Source: Micavibrio sp.
GTDB lineage: Bacteria; Pseudomonadota; Alphaproteobacteria; Micavibrionales; UBA2020
Direction: 5' to 3'
NCBI GenBank assembly: GCA_040377425.1
Contig: JBEIOU010000012.1
Location: forward strand, 16,364 to 80,363
DNA length: 64,000 nucleotides
The notes beneath the pieces are model-generated. The model saw only the letters and a list, made by a program, of their open reading frames with translations, had not been told where the DNA came from and did not search any database. Made by a program: the position numbers and the translations under genes. Positions within the stretch are counted from its first letter, which is position 1. The number at the start of each line of letters is the position of its first letter. Shown in pieces: positions 57,305-64,000 of the stretch.

Positions 57305-59389
57305 TTACGCCAGTTTAGCTTTCACTTCGTCCGCGATTGCCTGCGGGACTTGCTCGTAGTGATGGAATTCCATCGAGTACTGTGCACGACCCTGGCTCAT
57401 GGAGCGCAGCGTATTGATGTAGCCGAACATGTTGGCCAGCGGAACCATCGCCGTGATGACACGGGCGTTACCGCGGCTGTCCATGCTGCCGACTTGACCA
57501 CGGCGGCTGTTCAGGTCACCGATCACGTCACCCATGTAGTCTTCGGGGGTAACGATTTCGACTTTCATGACGGGCTCGAGCAGCGCGGGTTTGCATTTCG
57601 GCAGACCTTCGCGGAATGCAGCGCGGGCAGCGATTTCAAACGCCAGCGCAGAAGAGTCCACGTCGTGATAAGCACCGTCGTACAGGGTTGCTTTGAAGTC
57701 GATGCAGGGGAAACCGGCGATAACACCGTTTTCTTTTGCCGCTTCAAGACCCTTTTCAACGCCGGGGATGTATTCTTTGGGAACAGAACCACCGGTAATG
57801 TCGGTTTCAAAAATAAAGCCGCTACCAACTTCACCCGGCTCGAAGCGGATGATGACGCGGGCGAACTGACCCGAACCACCGGACTGCTTTTTGTGGGTGT
57901 AGTCGATTTCACCGGTTTTGGTGATCGTCTCGCGGTACGCAACCTGCGGCGCGCCGACGTTTGCCTCTACTTTGAATTCGCGCTTCATACGGTCGACGAT
58001 GATGTCGAGGTGAAGTTCACCCATGCCGCGCAGAATGGTCTGGCCCGATTCCTGGTCGGAGTTGACGCGCAGGGACGGATCTTCCGCCACCAGACGTGCC
58101 AGCGCCATACCCATTTTCTCTTGGTCCGCTTTCGATTTCGGCTCGACAGCGATAGAGATAACAGGCTCGGGGAAGGTCATACGCTCGAGAACGACCGGCT
58201 TGTCGGCGTCGCACAGCGTATCACCCGTTGTGGTGTCTTTCATACCAACCAGCGCAACGATGTCGCCAGCGGATGCCGTTTTGATTTCTTCGCGGTTGTT
58301 TGCATGCATCAGCAGCATACGGCCGATACGCTCTTTTTTATCCTTAACGGAGTTCAGAACGTAGGTACCGCTTTCGAGCGTACCGGAGTAGATACGAACG
58401 AAGGTCAGGGAGCCGACGAAGGGATCGTTCATGATTTTGAACGCGAGGCCAGCGAAGGGCTCGGCGGAATCCGCTTTGCGCTCGATGACTTTTTCGGGGT
58501 CGCTCGGCAGCGTACCTTCGTTAACAGGCATGTCCAGCGGGCACGGCAGGTAGTCGATAACCGCGTCCAGCATGGTTTGAACGCCTTTGTTTTTGAACGA
58601 AGAACCGCACAGTACGGGTACGAATTTGTAAGCGATCGTACCTTTGCGGATGCACTTCTTCAGCAGCTCCAGAGAAGGCTCTTCGCCACCCAGATACGCT
58701 TCCATTGCCGCATCGTCCATTTCAACAGCGGTTTCTACCAGCTTGGTGCGGTATTCTTTCGCTTTGTCAGCCAGATCAGCCGGAATGTCTTCTTCAGAGA
58801 AAGAAGCGCCCAGGTCATCACCCTTCCAGATGATGGCTTTCATTTTCAACAGGTCGACCAGACCGATGAAGTCAGCTTCGGAGCCGATCGGCAGCTGGGT
58901 CACCAGCGGAACCGCGCCCAGGCGGTCAACGATCATGTCAACGGTGCGGTAGTAATTCGCGCCGGTGCGGTCCATTTTGTTGACGTAGCAGATACGGGGA
59001 ACGCCGTATTTGTCGGCCTGACGCCAAACGGTTTCAGACTGCGGCTCAACGCCGGCAACAGAGTCGAATACCGTCACAGCACCGTCGAGTACGCGCAGCG
59101 AGCGTTCAACTTCAATCGTGAAGTCAACGTGGCCGGGGGTGTCGATGATGTTGATGCGGTGGTCGTTCCAGAAGCACGTGGTCGCAGCAGAGGTAATGGT
59201 GATACCACGCTCCTGCTCCTGCTCCATCCAGTCCATGGTCGCGGCGCCTTCATGCACTTCACCGATTTTGTGTGATTTGCCGGTGTAGTACAGAATACGT
59301 TCGGTCGTTGTCGTTTTACCAGCATCGATGTGCGCCATGATGCCAATGTTACGATAACGATCGAGCGGATATTTTTTGACGTCAGCCAT
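57305..59389 (-). CDS. fusA: Elongation factor G
   Basis: [33 protein letters not shown]. Confidence 0.98.
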   Translation of the reverse strand: MADVKKYPLDRYRNIGIMAHIDAGKTTTTERILYYTGKSHKIGEVHEGAATMDWMEQEQERGITITSAATTCFWNDHRINIIDTPGHVDFTIEVERSLRVLDGAVTVFDSVAGVEPQSETVWRQADKYGVPRICYVNKMDRTGANYYRTVDMIVDRLGAVPLVTQLPIGSEADFIGLVDLLKMKAIIWKGDDLGASFSEEDIPADLADKAKEYRTKLVETAVEMDDAAMEAYLGGEEPSLELLKKCIRKGTIAYKFVPVLCGSSFKNKGVQTMLDAVIDYLPCPLDMPVNEGTLPSDPEKVIERKADSAEPFAGLAFKIMNDPFVGSLTFVRIYSGTLESGTYVLNSVKDKKERIGRMLLMHANNREEIKTASAGDIVALVGMKDTTTGDTLCDADKPVVLERMTFPEPVISIAVEPKSKADQEKMGMALARLVAEDPSLRVNSDQESGQTILRGMGELHLDIIVDRMKREFKVEANVGAPQVAYRETITKTGEIDYTHKKQSGGSGQFARVIIRFEPGEVGSGFIFETDITGGSVPKEYIPGVEKGLEAAKENGVIAGFPCIDFKATLYDGAYHDVDSSALAFEIAARAAFREGLPKCKPALLEPVMKVEIVTPEDYMGDVIGDLNSRRGQVGSMDSRGNARVITAMVPLANMFGYINTLRSMSQGRAQYSMEFHHYEQVPQAIADEVKAKLA

Positions 59390-59414
59390 AATAAGTTATT
59401 CCCCTTAAATCCAA

Positions 59415-59885
59415 TTACCAGCGGAAGTGCGCGAAAGCTTTGTTTGCTTCAGCCATCTTGTGGGTGTCTTCGCGTTTTTTAACCGCTGCGCCGCGCTCGT
59501 TATGCGCATCCATCAGCTCGGATGCGAGTTTCGCGTCCATGGTCTTGTCGTTACGCTTGGTCGACGATTCTTTCAGCCAACGCATTGCCATTGCCAGTGC
59601 GCGGTTCGGACGGACTTCAACCGGAACCTGATAGGTCGCACCACCAACGCGGCGGGATTTTACTTCAACCGACGGCTTCACTTTGTCGAGAACTTCCATG
59701 AAGAACGCAACAGGGTCCGTTTTGGTTTTGGCAGCGATGATGTCGAAAGCACCGTACACGATGTTTTCAGCAACGGATTTCTTGCCCGATTCCATGATGC
59801 AGTTCATGAACTTCGCAACAACAACGTTGTTGAATTTCGGATCTGGCAGAACTTCGCGTTTTTTAGCCGAGTGACGACGAGACAT
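59415..59885 (-). CDS. rpsG: 30S ribosomal protein S7
   Basis: [24 protein letters not shown]. Confidence 0.97.
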   Translation of the reverse strand: MSRRHSAKKREVLPDPKFNNVVVAKFMNCIMESGKKSVAENIVYGAFDIIAAKTKTDPVAFFMEVLDKVKPSVEVKSRRVGGATYQVPVEVRPNRALAMAMRWLKESSTKRNDKTMDAKLASELMDAHNERGAAVKKREDTHKMAEANKAFAHFRW

Positions 59886-59910
59886 TGATTAAAACCTCTT
59901 TTGGAATTGC

Positions 59911-60282
59911 TTATTTAGGACGCTTCGCGCCATAGCGGGAACGCGACTTGCGGCGTTTATCCACACCTTGCGTATCGAGTGCGCCACGGATGATTTTGTA
60001 GCGAACACCGGGCAGGTCTTTTACACGGCCGCCACGAACCAGAACAACCGAGTGTTCTTGTAGGTTGTGACCGATACCGGGGATGTAGCAAGTTGCTTCA
60101 CGGCCGTTGACCATGCGAACACGGGCAACTTTACGCAGCGCCGAGTTAGGCTTTTTCGGCGTCGTGGTGTATACGCGCGTGCACACACCGCGTTTTTGCG
60201 GGTTACCCTGCAAATCGGCGTTTTTCTTTTTCGCGACCTGCAGTTTGCGGCCTTTGCGGACGAGTTGGTTGTACGTTGGCAT
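59911..60282 (-). CDS. rpsL: 30S ribosomal protein S12
   Basis: [22 protein letters not shown]. Confidence 0.98.
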   Translation of the reverse strand: MPTYNQLVRKGRKLQVAKKKNADLQGNPQKRGVCTRVYTTTPKKPNSALRKVARVRMVNGREATCYIPGIGHNLQEHSVVLVRGGRVKDLPGVRYKIIRGALDTQGVDKRRKSRSRYGAKRPK

Positions 60283-60480
60283 TGATAGCCCTTCTCTGTT
60301 GCAACAAAGTTAAATCTTCGGTGTCTGGAGGATGAGAAGGAAACAACCTGCGGTTCGCAATAGCGAATACACGACAGGTCCTGATCGTTGATCAGTCTAA
60401 CTTTCACTTTTCCCGTGAAAGACGGTTACAAACCGGACTGCGTCTAGACCAAAATGTCTACTACCAGCCCATCCTTAGAG
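60283..60480 (-). ncRNA. Structured ~200-nt rpsL 5' leader (candidate r-protein leader)
   Basis: Minus-strand hairpins TAGAC/GTCTA, CTTTCAC/GTGAAAG, CTGATC/GATCAG, TTCGC/GCGAA inside ACCTG/CAGGT, closed by AGGATG/CATCCT. Confidence 0.5.
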
Positions 60481-60487
60481 CGTGCGG

Positions 60488-60515
60488 AATATATCACGGG
60501 TTCAAGGAGGGTCAA
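60488..60515 (-). promoter_or_regulatory. str operon promoter
   Basis: Minus strand TTGACC-N16-TATATT followed by GC-rich CCGCACGC. Confidence 0.6.
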
Positions 60516-60731
60516 ACATTATTTGAGGGTTATGGCGTGGAATTTTATGTTTTTTCAACTTTGCCCCCGCAACCCGATTAAACAGAATACACAAATTCAA
60601 AAAAATTACACAAAATTATCCATGGGAGAAATATTATTACGCATTGGGGTACACATGCGCCCGCAGCCCTGCCCTGCGCATCTCTATAACGATGATGATT
60701 CCAAACCGATTCTCGAAACGGGCCGAAAAGG

Positions 60732-60761
60732 CTTGAAGTAGGTCGAGAATCTAGCCATATT
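60732..60761 (+). promoter_or_regulatory. Promoter of the SRP RNA gene (sigma70/RpoH-like)
   Basis: CTTGAA-N17-CCATAT(T), 7-8 nt upstream of the RNA 5' stem. Confidence 0.65.
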
Positions 60762-60768
60762 CACTCTC

Positions 60769-60863
60769 GGAAGACTGGCGGGCATATTATTCGCCAATCC
60801 GGCCAGGGCCGAGAGGCAGCAACCGTAACGAAATTCGATATGGGTCGTTCAGTCTTCCACCTT
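60769..60863 (+). ncRNA. ffs: Signal recognition particle RNA (4.5S, small type)
   Basis: Terminal stem GGAAGACTG/CAGTCTTCC followed by ACCTT; domain IV TCGCCAA-TCCGG-CCAGG-GCC-GAGA-GGC-AGCA-ACCG-TAACGA matches the alphaproteobacterial SRP RNA pattern. Confidence 0.88.
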
Positions 60864-60900
60864 CCCTATATATATGTCGATGTGCATCGCAACAAATCCG

Positions 60901-60930
60901 TTGACGAAAATTATGTCATATGTTGATATA
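60901..60930 (+). promoter_or_regulatory. Putative promoter for the riboswitch transcript
   Basis: TTGACG at 60901, 17 nt, then TGATATA; about 15 nt upstream of the aptamer. Confidence 0.5.
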
Positions 60931-60944
60931 GGGATGTTCTTCGG

Positions 60945-60998
60945 AATCGCGGGATTTGATGGATAGCTTGCTGCCGCGTCACCAACAGCTAAAGCGCC
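60945..60998 (+). ncRNA. SAM-II (SAM_alpha) riboswitch-like aptamer
   Basis: CGCGG-GATTTG-atggata-GCTTGC-tg-CCGCG-tcaccaaca-GCTAAAG mirrors the SAM_alpha layout (P1 stem, GAUUU, GCUUGC, GCUAAA); pseudoknot pairing is partly imperfect. Confidence 0.68.
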
Positions 60999-61052
60999 GC
61001 AGGGCAAAACGCTGCGGAACCATAAAACCGACAGCTGGAGAAGATAAACATC

Positions 61053-61130
61053 ATGCCCTCTACCCCCACCGACATTCAAAACCGTCAACGCCCGGCACGT
61101 CCTTCGCGTGCGGTGGCCATGCGAATGTGA
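61053..61130 (+). CDS. 25-aa peptide ORF MPSTPTDIQNRQRPARPSRAVAMRM (below the ORF-track cutoff)
   Basis: GGAGAAG SD-like element at 61037-61043, ATG 61053, TGA 61128-61130; first start downstream of the riboswitch. Confidence 0.45.
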   Translation: MPSTPTDIQNRQRPARPSRAVAMRM

Positions 61131-61237
61131 TCCTGACCATATTCCGCTGACGATTCCCCTTTTCGATTCAAAACAGCGCGCGCCATAACGGCGTGCCTTT
61201 ATATATCTCCCGCGGCATGCGGGAAGGCAGGACATAA

Positions 61238-62671
61238 ATGACCGACGTTCGTAACGACGATTTCACCCTTATCAACTCTATCGACGATGTCGTGCCGCTG
61301 TACCGGGGCAACGGCCAGAAAGAGCACGAACAATACATCGGCTTCGAAACCGAAATTTTCGTTTACCGCAAAGGCGATGACGGCAAACCACAAGGCGCTT
61401 CATCACGCGAATGCGCCGATCTGGTGCAACGCCTGAAATCCCGCGGGCTGGAACCGCAATTGGAAATGGCGAGCGCCGTTGAATACGCAAGCCCCGCCTA
61501 TCCCGTCACCCAAGTCGCAAAACTGAACGGCGAAATCACCAAAGCATGGAAAGACTACACGCAAGTTATCCGCGAAGCAGGCTTTCAAACCAACGACGCG
61601 GCACTCGCGCCGTTCGTCACGCTGGATAGCGCGAAAGAAAATCTGGTCGACCGCGACCGCGCACGCGGCCTTGTCAAAGGCATGGACCTGTTCAAGGCGC
61701 CGGAGTTCCTCAAGGTCACGCTACTGTGTACCAGCACGCAGGTGAGCCTGAGCTACGCCAGCCCCGACGACCTGCGCGATACGCTAACGACCGGCTACGC
61801 CCTTACAGGTGCGATCTTTGGTGTGTTTGCCAACTACCCCGCCTTCATCGAAGGCAAAGACGAACGCCTGACGACCAACCCCCGCGCAGCTTTCTACGAA
61901 GCCTTCGGCAAAGACGGCGGCATTCCGCAAAGCCTGCTGCAATCGACCAGCGGAGATGATTTCATCCGCCGCCATGCCGAACAGGTTTTCAAAACAGACA
62001 TGCTGTTCTACTACGACCAGAAACAAGAACTGGTCTGGCCTGAAAAACCGGTAAAGTTTGAAGAACTGCAAAAAATCGGCCTCAACACCCGCTCCAACTA
62101 CGACCTTGCCGAAACGTTTGTGTATACAGACTACAAGGTGTGCAACATCCGCAACAGCGAAGGCAAGCCCATCGGCAAACGCGTAGAAGTGCGCGGCTTT
62201 GACGCTGGCGAAACGGGCGCGCTGTCGGCTGTTCCCTTCTGCCATGCCTTGCTGCGTGACCCTGTGGGCCGCGGTGCCGTGCAGGGCCTGCTGGCCGACT
62301 ATGGCTTGCTGCCGGATCAGGACGGCTGGCAAGAGCGTTTGGTGGCCGCACGTCATAGCGCCGCCAATCACGGCGGCAAATTCCTCGACGTCCCCTTTGG
62401 CACCCGCCCCGATGGCAGCGATGGCAACCTGAAAGATTTCGCCCGCGACCTTGGCCAAATCCTCAAGGCCTATACCGTGCGCAATCCCGAACTGTCCGGC
62501 GCCCTGTCGCCTATCATCCAGATTTGTGAAACGGGCAAACCCATCGCGCAAATTAAATCCGAACAAACGCGTGATTACAACCACGCCGTCGTCCAGCTGC
62601 TGCGCGCGAACGACGATACGCCAAAAGCCGCCACGCCTGCGGTATCGGCACGTCAGGCGTTCAAACCATAA
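61238..62671 (+). CDS. Divergent glutamate--cysteine ligase family (GCS2, plant/alphaproteobacterial GshA-like) protein
   Basis: IGFETEIF, LEMASAVEYAS, CTSTQVSL, FANYP, VEVRGFDAG align with GshA motifs IGxEhE, LEPGGQxELS, TCTVQVNL, FANSP, EMRGADxG. Confidence 0.78.
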   Translation: MTDVRNDDFTLINSIDDVVPLYRGNGQKEHEQYIGFETEIFVYRKGDDGKPQGASSRECADLVQRLKSRGLEPQLEMASAVEYASPAYPVTQVAKLNGEITKAWKDYTQVIREAGFQTNDAALAPFVTLDSAKENLVDRDRARGLVKGMDLFKAPEFLKVTLLCTSTQVSLSYASPDDLRDTLTTGYALTGAIFGVFANYPAFIEGKDERLTTNPRAAFYEAFGKDGGIPQSLLQSTSGDDFIRRHAEQVFKTDMLFYYDQKQELVWPEKPVKFEELQKIGLNTRSNYDLAETFVYTDYKVCNIRNSEGKPIGKRVEVRGFDAGETGALSAVPFCHALLRDPVGRGAVQGLLADYGLLPDQDGWQERLVAARHSAANHGGKFLDVPFGTRPDGSDGNLKDFARDLGQILKAYTVRNPELSGALSPIIQICETGKPIAQIKSEQTRDYNHAVVQLLRANDDTPKAATPAVSARQAFKP

Positions 62672-62689
62672 CCCAAGAGATATCCAAAC

Positions 62690-62721
62690 AAAAATCCCCC
62701 GTTCGCGCGGGGGATTTTTTT
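62690..62721. terminator. Bidirectional intrinsic terminator
   Basis: AAAAATCCCCCG-ttcgcg-CGGGGGATTTTTTT. Confidence 0.85.
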
Positions 62722-62748
62722 ATGTTCTGTACGATTGATGCGTATCTA

Positions 62749-63192
62749 TTACTGTACGATGCTCTGCGCGGCTTCGGCGGTGTTTTCGAATGTTTGCACG
62801 AGCCCATCAATCGTCAGATAAAACAAATCAAACGCCAACCAGCCAAGGCCCATAATCACCGGCGCACAAATCAGATTCGCCATCCACGTCAGGCGCATCA
62901 GCTGATCCGCCGTCTTTGGCAGCGTGCCTGCTTTTTTACGGCGAAAATAAATCAGCTTGGTCATCATATGAATGAACATGCCAAAAACCGGCCCCAGAAA
63001 AAAGATACCCAGCGCCATCGCGCTAAATCCGGTGATACTCAGAAATTCACGCGTCTCGCTCAGCAGAAAAAAGATCGCGCACAGCGTAATCCAGTCACGC
63101 TCGCCGAAAGCCAGCGAGCGGATCAAGTTCCATTGCAAATAACTGCGCTCGGCAATATCCGCGTGTATCTTTTTTCTTTTCAGCCAGCCCAT
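62749..63192 (-). CDS. Hypothetical membrane protein (about 3 TM)
   Basis: AGGA RBS; hydrophobic helices; converges on the shared terminator. Confidence 0.65.
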   Translation of the reverse strand: MGWLKRKKIHADIAERSYLQWNLIRSLAFGERDWITLCAIFFLLSETREFLSITGFSAMALGIFFLGPVFGMFIHMMTKLIYFRRKKAGTLPKTADQLMRLTWMANLICAPVIMGLGWLAFDLFYLTIDGLVQTFENTAEAAQSIVQ

Positions 63193-63373
63193 GTTTTATC
63201 CTGTTGTTAAACGCGCCGGCATCACGCCCACGGCAATCATGACGGTATCAACCGTACGTCCGTCGGTCAACCTGCGACAAATGCGCCATTTCCTGCCGCA
63301 ACCAACGTCCCGCTCTGCGGCATGTTCCGCGCCGGATATCGCAGCAAGCGCGCAATCACAAACCACAACAGCC

Positions 63374-63416
63374 AAACAAAAACCCCGCGGCCTTGCGGCG
63401 CGCGGGGCGTTTGTTT
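63374..63416 (-). terminator. Terminator after rpoC
   Basis: AAACAAA-AACCCCGCG...CGCGGGGCG-TTTGTTT. Confidence 0.7.
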
Positions 63417-63433
63417 GTTATACGCGGCGGCGA

Positions 63434-64000
<567 letters not shown>

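Noticed and set aside
56199-59275. Long plus-strand ORFs opposite tuf and fusA (386 and 641 aa), and similar ones opposite ptsP, degP, rpoA and r-protein genes
   Set aside because: Antisense shadow frames caused by strong codon bias in GC-rich, highly expressed genes; no recognisable motifs
59911-60282. Streptomycin-resistance substitutions in S12
   Set aside because: PKKPNSA and RVKDLPG are wild type
60454-60741. 95-aa plus-strand ORF upstream of ffs
   Set aside because: Overlaps two promoters, AT-rich and lacks a clear RBS
60849-61235. ORFs 60849-61235 (-) and 60956-61150 (+)
   Set aside because: They overlap the SRP RNA end and the riboswitch aptamer; no RBS or domain evidence
63193-63373. 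Possible small ORF or RNA between rpoC and the membrane gene
   Set aside because: Only short frames and weak hairpins; nothing supportable

Overview
GC-rich (roughly mid-to-high 50s %, estimated by eye) alphaproteobacterial chromosome segment; gene content and order resemble Rhodospirillales/Micavibrio-like lineages (inference). It is mostly housekeeping: a DivJ/PleC-like kinase with fur and DUF1491, tgt, rpmB, M17 peptidase plus NlpC/P60, lysC-ptsP-rodZ-ispG-prfA-prmC-DUF4167-clpB, purA, glmU-glmS, bolA-grxD, mutL, degP-rarA-crcB-rluC-ATP12, the full str-S10-spc-alpha ribosomal cluster and the 3' end of rpoC. No mobile element, CRISPR array, tRNA or rRNA was seen. The most unusual part is a ~3 kb insert between rpoC and rpsL that the ORF track largely misses. 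It carries an SRP (4.5S) RNA with a GAGA tetraloop, a SAM-II (SAM_alpha)-like riboswitch followed by a 25-aa Met-ending peptide ORF, and a divergent glutamate-cysteine-ligase-like gene, rather than a methionine gene. Other notable items: a catalytically degenerate CZB-GGDEF protein with an intact I-site, a GGSLG-type (queuine-salvage-like) TGT, recurring Pro/Lys C-terminal tails on unrelated proteins, histone-like Ala/Lys/Pro extensions on many ribosomal proteins, and several structured intergenic leaders. All family and RNA calls come from motif recognition by eye and need HMM or covariance-model confirmation.
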